NCBI GenBank assembly: GCA_028704635.1
Contig: JAQWFB010000004.1
Location: forward strand, 2,656 to 66,655
Reading direction: 5' to 3'
From: Candidatus Shapirobacteria bacterium
GTDB taxonomy: Bacteria > Patescibacteriota > Microgenomatia > UBA12405
Length of the DNA: 64,000 nt
Of the stretch, positions 51,634 through 60,058 are shown piece by piece. Numbering within the stretch: position 1 is the first letter of the stretch; every line of letters starts with the position of its first letter. The translations under genes and the position numbers were made by a program. Under the pieces are notes generated by a model. That model was not told where the DNA came from, searched no databases, and saw nothing but the letters and a program-made list of their open reading frames with translations.

Positions 51634-51646
51634 GCTACAATGCATT

Positions 51647-52351
51647 ATGAGAATCTTAGATTTAAATCAAATTGAAATAAAAATAATTCAGGGAATTAGA
51701 AGTTATGTTGGTACAAAAAATGTTTTTATTGGAATTTCTGGCGGCGTTGATTCTGCGGTTACTGCCTTTTTGTGCGTCAAAGCACTAGGTCGCAAAAGAG
51801 TTTTTGGTGTCCTTATGCCATATGGTCGACAAAAAGATATTAGTGATTCTATTGCTGTAGTTAATCAGCTAAATATTAAATATTTTCAAAAAGATATTAA
51901 ACCAATTGTCGATCAATACAAAATTGCCGACAATAAATATACCATTGCCAATATTATGGCCAGAGTTCGCATGACCATTCTTTATGCTTATGCTAATAAT
52001 AAAAATGGTCTAGTAATTGGTACCACTAATAAATCTGAAATGTCCGTTGGTTATTTTACAAAATTTGGCGATGGTGGCTGTGACCTTGAGCCAATTGCTA
52101 ATCTTTATAAAACAGAAATTTTAAAAATGGCCAAAGCTTTAAACGTTCCCCCAAATATTATTAATAAAAAACCAACAGCTGGTCTTTGGGATAATCAAAC
52201 CGATGAAGACGAACTTGGTTTTACTTATCTCGATTTGGATAATTTTTTACAAGGTGTACACATAAATTCTGAAATTGAATCGAAAATAAAAAATTTAATT
52301 GATGATTCCGAACACAAGCGTCATTTGCCAACTACTATTTCCATTGACTAA
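51647..52351 (+). CDS. nadE: NH3-dependent NAD+ synthetase (single-domain, PP-loop ATPase)
   Basis: PP-loop GISGGVDSAV; the track start (TTG 51632) lies inside the hup terminator U-tract, so the ATG at 51647 (MRILDLNQ) is preferred. Confidence 0.8.
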   Translation: MRILDLNQIEIKIIQGIRSYVGTKNVFIGISGGVDSAVTAFLCVKALGRKRVFGVLMPYGRQKDISDSIAVVNQLNIKYFQKDIKPIVDQYKIADNKYTIANIMARVRMTILYAYANNKNGLVIGTTNKSEMSVGYFTKFGDGGCDLEPIANLYKTEILKMAKALNVPPNIINKKPTAGLWDNQTDEDELGFTYLDLDNFLQGVHINSEIESKIKNLIDDSEHKRHLPTTISID

Positions 52352-52846
52352 ATGAAAACAAATTACGAATTTGGTCTAATTATTGGTCGTTTTCAACCAT
52401 TATGTCTTCATCACCGCCAATTTTTTGATGAGGTTATTAATTCTGGTATTAAAAAATTATTGGTTGGGGTGGGCGAGTCTAAGTTTTTAGATTCGTGTAA
52501 TTTTTTAACTGGAAATGAAGTTAAATCACTTTTAATTCCCAATTTAGACAAATTAAATTTTCCTTACGAGATTATTATTATTCCCGATATTAATAATCCA
52601 CCTAAATACGCCGATTATGTCAAAAAATATTTCCCTCAAATTAATGATACCAATACCTGTCTCTTTACTGAAAATAATTACACCAGTGATTGTTTTATAA
52701 ATCACGGTCATCATTTTCAAGTTATTAAACCAACCATTTTACCCACCCGCGCCACCGACATTCGTCAAATGATAATTAATAATGATCCCATTTGGCAAAC
52801 CCTCGTCCCTCAAAATGTTATCGAATTTATTAAAAGTAAAAAATAA
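52352..52846 (+). CDS. nadM: Archaeal-type nicotinamide/nicotinate mononucleotide adenylyltransferase (NadM-like cytidylyltransferase fold)
   Basis: GLIIGRFQPLCLHHRQ matches the NadM (G)RFQPxHxGH motif; 164 aa. Confidence 0.6.
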   Translation: MKTNYEFGLIIGRFQPLCLHHRQFFDEVINSGIKKLLVGVGESKFLDSCNFLTGNEVKSLLIPNLDKLNFPYEIIIIPDINNPPKYADYVKKYFPQINDTNTCLFTENNYTSDCFINHGHHFQVIKPTILPTRATDIRQMIINNDPIWQTLVPQNVIEFIKSKK

Positions 52847-52888
52847 ACCTAATCTTACCTAATTTTCTAATAGGGTATAATAAATTGC

Positions 52889-53410
52889 ATGGAAAACAAA
52901 GCAATCATTGTTAGTTCAAATAATAAATATAAAGGGAAATGGGTTTCAATCAATGAAGATAAAATAATAAAACCAAATGGAACCAATGCATATCATGAAG
53001 TAGCCATTCGTGAAGATTGTGTTTTAATTCTAGCAATTGATAAAGGCAAAGTTTGTCTTGTAAAACAATTTCGTTATCCAGCCAATGAAAGCCTTTGGGA
53101 ATTTCCTGCAGGTTTTATAAATTTACATGAAAATCCTAAAAAAGCTGCCATCAGAGAATTTTGCGAAGAAGTTGGACTTAAGCCATCAAAAATTAAAAAA
53201 ATCGCCGAATTTTGGACCTGGCCAGGATTTTCCACACAAAAAGTTAATGTTTTTCTATTAACGAATTTTACTAAATCAAAAAAGAATTTAGATAAATCGG
53301 AATCAGATTTAGAGCACAAATTTATAAAAATAGAAACAGTTTTCAAAATGGCCAAATCTGGTGTTATCAGAAGTTCTGTCTCTTTAGCAGCACTAAACTA
53401 TTTGTTATAA
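52889..53410 (+). CDS. NUDIX hydrolase (ADP-ribose pyrophosphatase-like)
   Basis: Nudix box GFINLHENPKKAAIREFCEEVGL. Confidence 0.65.
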   Translation: MENKAIIVSSNNKYKGKWVSINEDKIIKPNGTNAYHEVAIREDCVLILAIDKGKVCLVKQFRYPANESLWEFPAGFINLHENPKKAAIREFCEEVGLKPSKIKKIAEFWTWPGFSTQKVNVFLLTNFTKSKKNLDKSESDLEHKFIKIETVFKMAKSGVIRSSVSLAALNYLL

Positions 53411-53485
53411 AAGTCTTAGATATAATCTAAACAGTTTAAACAAGTATTAAAATAATCACTAAAATACCCATGATAAAATACACTC

Positions 53486-54556
53486 ATGAAATTATCAATC
53501 GGAATAGTCGGGTTGCCAAACGTCGGGAAATCCACGCTTTTTAATGCACTTCTTGGTAAACAAGTTGCTGATGCCAGTAATTATCCTTTTTGCACCATCG
53601 ATCCAAATGTTGGTGTGGTTGAAGTTCCTGACGAAAAATTACCCGTTCTTGCAGAAATTGTTAAAACCAACAAAATTGTTCCCGCCATCGTCGAATTTGT
53701 CGACATCGCTGGTTTGGTCAAAGGTGCCTCCCAGGGCGAAGGTCTCGGGAATAAATTCCTTACCAATATTCGCGATTGTGATGCCATCTGTCATGTTGTT
53801 CGTGCCTTTTCCGATACAAATATTATTAAAGAAGGTTCGGTTGATCCACAAGGCGATTTCGAGGTCATTTGTGCCGAATTAATTATCAAAGATTTAGAGA
53901 CCGTCGATAAATATCTTGATGCCAATAAAAATAATTCCAAAGAAAATAAATCCAAAAAATTTGCTTTAGCTCAAAAATTAAAATCAGAATTAGAAAAGGG
54001 GAGTTTAACTGTCAATTTAAATTTAAATGATGATGAAAAAGAATTAGTTAAAGAGTTTTTCTTATTAACTGCCAAGCCCTATTTTATTGTCGCCAATGTT
54101 GACGAAGACACTTATCAAAATATTAAAGACTGGAAAATAAATTTAAAAAATTTTGAAACAGTCGTTCCTGTCTGTGCTAAAGTCGAATTTGATTTAACCG
54201 AATTAAGTCCGATCGAAAAAAGAGATTATTTAAGAGAATTAGGAGTTCAACAATCCGGACTCGAACGCGTCATTCAAAAAGCTTATGACACTCTCGGCCT
54301 TCAATCCTATTACACTGCCGGTATCAAAGAGGCGAGAGCTTGGACAATTTACAAAGGTAGCACTGCTCCAAAAGCTGCCGCTGCTATCCACACCGATTTT
54401 GAAAAAGGTTTTATTATGGCCGAAGTTGTCTCTTATGAAGATTTTGTCCAATATAAGGGTTTATTAGGAGCTAAAGAAGTCGGTAAACTTCGTCATGAAG
54501 GCCGTGAATATATCATGCGCCCCGACGACGTAGTCGAGTTTAGAATCAATGCCTAA
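53486..54556 (+). CDS. ychF: Ribosome-binding ATPase YchF (Obg-family GTPase with TGS domain)
   Basis: [28 protein letters not shown]-terminal TGS domain. Confidence 0.9.
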   Translation: MKLSIGIVGLPNVGKSTLFNALLGKQVADASNYPFCTIDPNVGVVEVPDEKLPVLAEIVKTNKIVPAIVEFVDIAGLVKGASQGEGLGNKFLTNIRDCDAICHVVRAFSDTNIIKEGSVDPQGDFEVICAELIIKDLETVDKYLDANKNNSKENKSKKFALAQKLKSELEKGSLTVNLNLNDDEKELVKEFFLLTAKPYFIVANVDEDTYQNIKDWKINLKNFETVVPVCAKVEFDLTELSPIEKRDYLRELGVQQSGLERVIQKAYDTLGLQSYYTAGIKEARAWTIYKGSTAPKAAAAIHTDFEKGFIMAEVVSYEDFVQYKGLLGAKEVGKLRHEGREYIMRPDDVVEFRINA

Positions 54557-54619
54557 AAATATTGTTTGGTATAATACATCACCATTGACATTTGAATAAT
54601 TAAAAAATATTCTTAAATT

Positions 54620-54976
54620 ATGCAATATATGAATAATAAAAATAAAGGATTTTTGAGATTTCTCATCTGTAAAGAAGGCAAAGATTTTGTCGCGGTTTGT
54701 CTTGATTTAAACTTAATAGAATACGGTAAAGATCCACTTGAATTACAAAAAAGTATTGAGGAGGCCGCTGTCTCATATCTTGAAACTGTTAAAAAAGAAA
54801 AATTACCAGATTCTTTTTTAAACCAATCTGCACCAGAAAAGTATTGGAAAAAATGGGAAAAGTTCCAAAGAAATTCAATTGAAAAAATAATATCATCTAA
54901 AAATCAACTAAAACAATCCAATAATTGTTTAATAAGTACTACACAACAATACAATAAAAACTTTTGCTCGTGTTAA
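54620..54976 (+). CDS. hicB: HicB-like antitoxin (RNase H-like fold N-domain)
   Basis: FVAVCLDLNLIEYGKDPLELQKSIEEAAVSYLE matches the HicB N-domain pattern; immediately followed by a HicA-like gene. Confidence 0.5.
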   Translation: MQYMNNKNKGFLRFLICKEGKDFVAVCLDLNLIEYGKDPLELQKSIEEAAVSYLETVKKEKLPDSFLNQSAPEKYWKKWEKFQRNSIEKIISSKNQLKQSNNCLISTTQQYNKNFCSC

Positions 54977-54990
54977 GAATTTAACTGAGA

Positions 54991-55221
54991 ATGGATCCTC
55001 GACTAAAACACATCAAAGTATCTAGGGCTAAAAAATTTTTAGAAAAGAATGGTTTTCAACATTCAAATACAAGGGGTTCACATTGGACTTATACCAATAA
55101 GGAAAAAAGTAAAATAGTTCAAGTAATTTGTAATAACAAAGAATCTTATCCAAAAAATGCAAAAGTAATGATTGAAAAATCGGGAATTTCGATAGAAGAA
55201 TGGTACGAGTATTGTAAATAA
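54991..55221 (+). CDS. hicA: HicA-like mRNA interferase toxin
   Basis: KVSRAKKFLEKNGFQHSNTRGSHWTY fits the YcfA/HicA signature (K..L...GW......GSH). Confidence 0.55.
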   Translation: MDPRLKHIKVSRAKKFLEKNGFQHSNTRGSHWTYTNKEKSKIVQVICNNKESYPKNAKVMIEKSGISIEEWYEYCK

Positions 55222-55222
55222 A

Positions 55223-56179
55223 ATGATTAATAAAATACTCATCATTTCCGGTCCGACCGCCACTGGTAAAACAGATTTGGCGTCGAAATTGGCAAAAAAA
55301 TACAACGGAGAATTAATTTCCACTGATTCTTGTCAAATTTATAAAGGCCTCGACATTGGCACCGGTAAAGACCAACCCAGTGAAACCCCAATTTATCTAA
55401 TCGACTTAATTAATCCCGATCAAAAATTTTCCGTTGCTCAATTTCAAAAAGCCGGTCTAGAAATTATTAATAAACTTCATTCCCAAAATAAATTACCAAT
55501 TTTAGTTGGCTGTAGTGGTTTTTATTTAGATTCTCTTATCAACCCAAAATATAATACTTTTTCCATTAAACCAAATAAAATCTGGAGGATTATTTCTAAA
55601 AAATTATCCGTCAAAACTTTACAAAAAATTTATAAATTATTAGATCCTCAAAATTTTTCCAAATTAAATAATTCCGACATCAACAATCATTATCGCCTCA
55701 CCCGTAAAATCGAAATCAAACTTTCCAAAAAATCCCCCTCCTTGTCAAGGGAGGGGTCAGGGGTGGGTTTCGATATCCTACATATCTCCCTCACCGCTCC
55801 TCTCAATCTTCTTTACGATCGAATCGACCAACGAGTCCAAAAAAGAATGGATATGGGTTTTTTAGATGAAATAAAAAAAATACTAAAAAAATATTCCTGG
55901 TCAGACCCTGGTCTTCAAATCGGCGCTTATCAATGTCTAAAACCATATTTTGAAAATAAAAAAAATCCTCCCTTTTTCAAGGGGAGTTGTCCGCAGGACG
56001 GAGGGGTTTTGTCTAATTGTCTTCAAAAATGGAAATACGCCGAACATAGCGATGCTCGTCGCCAGGGCACTTATTTAAAATCCAGGTATAAAGACAAAGC
56101 TCAATTTTTCGACATTACTTCCTCAAATTTTAAAAATAAAATTTTTAAAATAGTTTCCAAATGGTACAATAAATTATGA
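55223..56179 (+). CDS. miaA: tRNA dimethylallyltransferase
   Basis: P-loop ISGPTATGKTDLA, STDSCQIYKGLDIGTGK. Confidence 0.85.
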   Translation: MINKILIISGPTATGKTDLASKLAKKYNGELISTDSCQIYKGLDIGTGKDQPSETPIYLIDLINPDQKFSVAQFQKAGLEIINKLHSQNKLPILVGCSGFYLDSLINPKYNTFSIKPNKIWRIISKKLSVKTLQKIYKLLDPQNFSKLNNSDINNHYRLTRKIEIKLSKKSPSLSREGSGVGFDILHISLTAPLNLLYDRIDQRVQKRMDMGFLDEIKKILKKYSWSDPGLQIGAYQCLKPYFENKKNPPFFKGSCPQDGGVLSNCLQKWKYAEHSDARRQGTYLKSRYKDKAQFFDITSSNFKNKIFKIVSKWYNKL

Positions 56180-57162
56180 AAGTTAGAAAAATAGAAATCG
56201 TTCCCAAAACTATTGTTTTTGCTGTCTTCTTTTTATTGGCTTTGGTTTTCTTTTGGCAAATAAGAAGCATTCTCATAATGATCTTTATTAGCTTTGTTTT
56301 AATGCATGCTATTGATCCTTTGGTTTGTCGTCTTCAGAGAATTAAAATCCCCAGAATTCTCGCAATTTTAATTGTCTACATTTTGGTTTTTGGTGTTATT
56401 TCTTTTTGTATTGCTGGTATTATTCCAATTTTAATTGAGCAAACAGCTGGCTTAATCAACAGCCTACCTCAAATTACTCAAAATATTAAAATTTTTAGCG
56501 AAAATCGTTTTTTTAGCGAAAACAACATTGATTTAACTTCTCAATTAAAAGTCTTAGAAACTATTCCTGCCAATCTTACCCAAATAGTTTTTTCAGTTGT
56601 TTCCAATGTTTTTTCTACATTAGTAATTTTAGTAATCACTTTTTATCTCCTTTTAGAAAAGAAAAATTTTCCAAAATATGGAGATGATTTTTTTGGAGAA
56701 AAAGGCAAAACTAGATTTTTAAAAATAATGGATAATTTAGAAGTAAGTCTCGGAAGCTGGGTCAGTGCTGAATTTCTTTTAATGTCTATCATTGGTATTC
56801 TTTCATATTTTGGCTATTTAGCTCTTGGTCTAAAGTATGCTGTTCCATTGGCTATTATCGCTGGTCTTTTAGAAGCCGTTCCTAATATTGGTCCTATTAT
56901 TGCCACTGTTCTTGCTGGCTTAGTAGGGTTAACAGTTTCTCCATTAATCGCTCTTTTTACTGTCATTTTTGGAATTTTAGTTCAACAATTGGAAAATAAT
57001 TTTATAGTTCCAAAAATTATGAGTAAGACTATTGGTCTAAATCCAATAATGACCATTATTTTAATTGCGGCAGGTGGTCAAATCGCTGGAATGGGTGGTG
57101 CATTATTAGCCATACCTCTCTTTTTAACGGCTCAAGCTATATTTAGAGGATTTTCAAAATAA
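56176..57162 (+). CDS. AI-2E family transporter (PerM/UPF0118)
   Basis: 8-TM topology, LVQQLENNFIVPKIM signature region. Confidence 0.75.
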   Translation: MKVRKIEIVPKTIVFAVFFLLALVFFWQIRSILIMIFISFVLMHAIDPLVCRLQRIKIPRILAILIVYILVFGVISFCIAGIIPILIEQTAGLINSLPQITQNIKIFSENRFFSENNIDLTSQLKVLETIPANLTQIVFSVVSNVFSTLVILVITFYLLLEKKNFPKYGDDFFGEKGKTRFLKIMDNLEVSLGSWVSAEFLLMSIIGILSYFGYLALGLKYAVPLAIIAGLLEAVPNIGPIIATVLAGLVGLTVSPLIALFTVIFGILVQQLENNFIVPKIMSKTIGLNPIMTIILIAAGGQIAGMGGALLAIPLFLTAQAIFRGFSK

Positions 57163-57165
57163 AAA

Positions 57166-57420
57166 AATCCCAAAGACATTGATAAGCCGGATTTTGTTTA
57201 GAGGCCATCAATCTATTCTCTCTACCTGAGGCTCTCAAAAGCTAGATATTAACGCCTCATCTTGAGATTTCCACCAGAAGGATGCTCGTTTCACATTTCT
57301 CGTCTCTGTAGCATTGCCCCTCGATCACTCGAGACTCTATCTTTTTGAGTTCTGTGCTTTTTGTGGTCCGGACTTTCCTCTCCGATAAATCGGAGTCAGC
57401 CTCTCAATCTCTTTAGGATG
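57166..57420 (-). ncRNA. rnpB: RNase P RNA (bacterial type A-like, compact ~250 nt)
   Basis: On the minus strand: P3 hairpin CUCCGAUUUAUCGGAG followed by AGGAAAGUCCGGACCACA (P4 5' strand); ...UGUGAAACGAG...; ...GGUAGAGAGAAUAGA...AAAAUCCGGCUUAUC (P4 3' strand, J18/2); P1 pairing AAAGAGAUUGA with UCAAUGUCUUU at the two ends. No ORF on either strand. Confidence 0.75.
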
Positions 57421-57425
57421 GTTAA

Positions 57426-57454
57426 ATTATAACTTTTAATCTCTGTAAAAACAA
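57426..57454 (-). promoter_or_regulatory. Putative sigma70-like promoter for rnpB (TTGTTT, 17 nt spacer, TATAAT)
   Basis: Read on the minus strand: TTGTTT-N17-TATAAT, ~7 nt before the P1 5' strand. The -35 overlaps the U-tract of the upstream terminator, so confidence is modest. Confidence 0.35.
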
Positions 57455-57482
57455 ATATCCCCCGATGTGCACCGGGGGATAA
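57441..57482 (-). terminator. Rho-independent terminator of the small minus-strand gene
   Basis: ATATCCCCCG-atgtgcac-CGGGGGATAT perfect 10-bp stem; on the minus strand it is followed by TTTGTTTTT. Confidence 0.8.
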
Positions 57483-57502
57483 TAATTCAAATCTGTATCT
57501 TA

Positions 57503-57680
57503 TTTATTTTAATAAAGCTGCGTCAGCTGCTGATAAGATTTTAAACATTTTGGTTCCAGTTTCAGGATCCATAGTTTGAGCTGCTGGTCGACCGTTTTTC
57601 AACATAACTTTTTCAACTTTACTTACATCGACCTCAACAGATTTACGTGATTTTACATTATAAAATTTAATTGTTGGCAT
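57503..57680 (-). CDS. Small basic protein gene interrupted by a +1 frameshift (58-aa product if the shift is bridged; Sul7d/Cren7-like by eye)
   Basis: Minus strand: SD AAGGGAGGTGA 8 nt before the ATG at 57680; frame 0 gives MPTIKF then TAA TAA; the +1 frame stays open for 52 codons to the TAA at 57503-57505; shift site U UUU UAA (plus 57660-57668). There is an internal ATG at 57604, which alone would give 34 aa. Confidence 0.35.
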
Positions 57681-57872
57681 TAATCTTTCACCTCCCTTAA
57701 AAATAATAATTTCTAATAACCATATTTAAGATAATAAATTACTATTATCGCCGCAATCAAAACTAAGCTTAATACCAAACTCCTTAATAAATCTTTTTTA
57801 ATATATTTATTTTCGTTCATTTTATATTTCTATCGCCAGTATAGCATATTGTTTTGCTACAATTAGTAATCG

Positions 57873-58223
57873 ATGTCATTCTTAATATATTTAATATTAA
57901 CAATCAATTTACTATGGTTAGGCTATCTAACTTACATAGTTTATATTAAAAATAATTCTAAAAATAAAGCTGTAGATTTGAACAATTTAGATAATAACCT
58001 AAAAATAGGCATTAATAGATTTAATCCGTTCGACGATGTTGGTGGCGATCAAAGCTTTATTTTAACCATTTTAGACAAAAATAATTCCGGAGCCATCATC
58101 ACTTCGCTTCATAATCGAGACATAACTCGAATTTATGCCAAGCCCATCAAAAATGGAGTTGGTGAAAATATCACTTTGTCAAAGGAAGAAAAATCCGCTA
58201 TAGTTAAAACTATTAAAAATTAA
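57873..58223 (+). CDS. Hypothetical small membrane-anchored protein
   Basis: 116 aa, N-terminal TM helix, no motif recognised. Confidence 0.35.
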   Translation: MSFLIYLILTINLLWLGYLTYIVYIKNNSKNKAVDLNNLDNNLKIGINRFNPFDDVGGDQSFILTILDKNNSGAIITSLHNRDITRIYAKPIKNGVGENITLSKEEKSAIVKTIKN

Positions 58224-58230
58224 TTTTTAA

Positions 58231-59460
58231 ATGAATAAAAACATCGCACAAAAAATAGGATATTTAGGTGCCTTTCTTTTTTTTACTGGCATTTCCTATT
58301 ATTTATTTGATTATTTTATTCCATCAGGGTCTCATAAAACTATTTCTCCCAGTGGAACTGAAACATCTGAAACTGCATCCAAAACTGGAAGTTTTACTGG
58401 TCCAAAAACGGAAGTTTGCCCTATTAACGGTCAACTTTATACTGCTGAGGAAAAAGCCATTTGGTCAACCAGAAGGCCTCTTTTGGTTATGATTGAAAAT
58501 CATGAGGACTCTAGGCCACAATCAGGTCTTCAATCAGCTGATATTGTTTATGAAACTGTGGCCGAAGGTGGTATTACCCGATTTATGGGCGTTTTCTATT
58601 GTGGCATTGTTGGTGGTACTAATGGTAAATATGATGTTGGTCCGGTTCGTTCAGCTCGAACTTATTTTCTCGATATTGCTTCAGAATATGCCGACTACCC
58701 TCTCTATGCTCATGTTGGTGGTGCTAATTGTAGTGGTGGCGAAACCGCTAGTAAGATTGCTACTAATTGCAGTACTGACAAAAGAGCCCAAGCATTAGAA
58801 CAAATTTCTCAATACGGTTGGAATAGTGAAGGAACTGCTGGTGATTTAAATCAGTTTTCTCTCTCTTACAAAGCTTGTCGTCGTGAACCAGATCGAACTG
58901 GACAAGAAAGGGCTACAGAACACACCATGTATTGTTCAACCACTGAACTTTGGAATATTGCCGCCAACCGTGGTTTAACTAATACGACCGCAGTTAAAAA
59001 TACTTCTTGGGATAAGTCTTATCGTCCTTGGGCCTTTACTCAAAAGGATCAATCTAATGGTGCTGCTTCATCTTTTTCCTTTGATTTCTGGTCAGGTTAC
59101 AAAGCCTATTCTGTTTCTTGGAAATATGACCCAACCAACAACAATTACATCCGAAGTAATGGTGGTAGTGAATCAAAAGACTTCAACACTCAATCGACTA
59201 TTACTGCTAAAAATGTAGTTGTTCAATATACCAAAGAAACTAGGTCTATTGATGAGCATGGACATCTTCTTTATGAAATGATTGGCACCGGCAAGGGGTA
59301 TCTATTCCAAAATGGAACCAAAACCGAAATCACTTGGTCTAAAGCCAATCGACTTTCTCGAACTATCTTTAAAGATTCTGCCGGTAAAGAGGTTAATTTC
59401 GTCCCCGGTAATATTTGGGTTGAAATTTTACCAATCGGCAATGAAGTCTCTTTTCTATGA
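58231..59460 (+). CDS. DUF3048 (YerB-like) family secreted/lipoprotein
   Basis: HEDSRPQSGLQSADIVYETVAEGGITRFMGVFY matches the DUF3048 signature (RPQSGL..ADIVYE..AEGGITRF). Confidence 0.6.
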   Translation: MNKNIAQKIGYLGAFLFFTGISYYLFDYFIPSGSHKTISPSGTETSETASKTGSFTGPKTEVCPINGQLYTAEEKAIWSTRRPLLVMIENHEDSRPQSGLQSADIVYETVAEGGITRFMGVFYCGIVGGTNGKYDVGPVRSARTYFLDIASEYADYPLYAHVGGANCSGGETASKIATNCSTDKRAQALEQISQYGWNSEGTAGDLNQFSLSYKACRREPDRTGQERATEHTMYCSTTELWNIAANRGLTNTTAVKNTSWDKSYRPWAFTQKDQSNGAASSFSFDFWSGYKAYSVSWKYDPTNNNYIRSNGGSESKDFNTQSTITAKNVVVQYTKETRSIDEHGHLLYEMIGTGKGYLFQNGTKTEITWSKANRLSRTIFKDSAGKEVNFVPGNIWVEILPIGNEVSFL

Positions 59461-60053
59461 AAGTTCAAACCAGTCTCAAGCAATTGCTTGTCTCTCAAAC
59501 TAGATTAAAAATAATTACAATTCTTTTTGCTAATCCAAAAGAAATTTATTATGTTCGCCAATTAGTTCGTCTGGTCGATGAAGAAATTAATTCTGTCAGG
59601 CGAGAATTAGAAAATTTAAAAAAAGCCGGAATTGTCGAATCAGAGTGGCGTGGTAATCGTCTCTATTATTGGGCCAATAAACAATCGCCGATTTTTTATG
59701 ATCTTCTGATTTTGGCCAATAAAAATTCTGGACTTGGTTTAAAACTTCAACATAAAAACGAAACCCTCAGTCCCATTAAATTAGTCCTGTACAATTACAA
59801 ATTTGCCGTTGGCGAAAAAAGAAATCAAGACGGAATTGACTTAATTATTGTTGGAGATTTGTTTTCTCTTAAAGAAGTCGATCTCTTAATCAAACAAGAA
59901 GAAGAAACTCGTGGTCATGAAATTAATTACATGGTCATGGATAAAAGTGAATTTCAAATGCGTAAACAAAAAAGAGATCAATTTATTGTCGACTTTTTTT
60001 TAAGCTGTCCAATAGTTATAATTGGTAGCTCTTCAGAAATTGTCAGTATTTAA
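59457..60053 (+). CDS. Hypothetical protein with N-terminal winged-helix DNA-binding domain
   Basis: IYYVRQLVRLVDEEINSVRRELENLKKAGIVESEWRGNRLYYWAN looks like an ArsR/MarR-type wHTH; C-terminal half unassigned. Confidence 0.4.
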   Translation: MKVQTSLKQLLVSQTRLKIITILFANPKEIYYVRQLVRLVDEEINSVRRELENLKKAGIVESEWRGNRLYYWANKQSPIFYDLLILANKNSGLGLKLQHKNETLSPIKLVLYNYKFAVGEKRNQDGIDLIIVGDLFSLKEVDLLIKQEEETRGHEINYMVMDKSEFQMRKQKRDQFIVDFFLSCPIVIIGSSSEIVSI

Positions 60054-60058
60054 AAAAA

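Noticed and set aside
51632-51646. TTG start for nadE given by the ORF track
   Set aside because: It falls inside the U-tract of the hup terminator. The ATG at 51647 gives a normal NadE N-terminus.
57163-57460. tmRNA, SRP RNA or 6S RNA as the identity of the ORF-free region
   Set aside because: There is no tRNA-Ala-like acceptor/T-arm or tag ORF as in tmRNA, and no SRP domain IV motif. The conserved RNase P P4 and J18/2 sequences are present instead.
58268-58798. ORFs 58268-58492 and 58493-58798 (+) inside the DUF3048 gene
   Set aside because: They are alternative frames of a gene with a clear family signature; hydrophobic junk translations.
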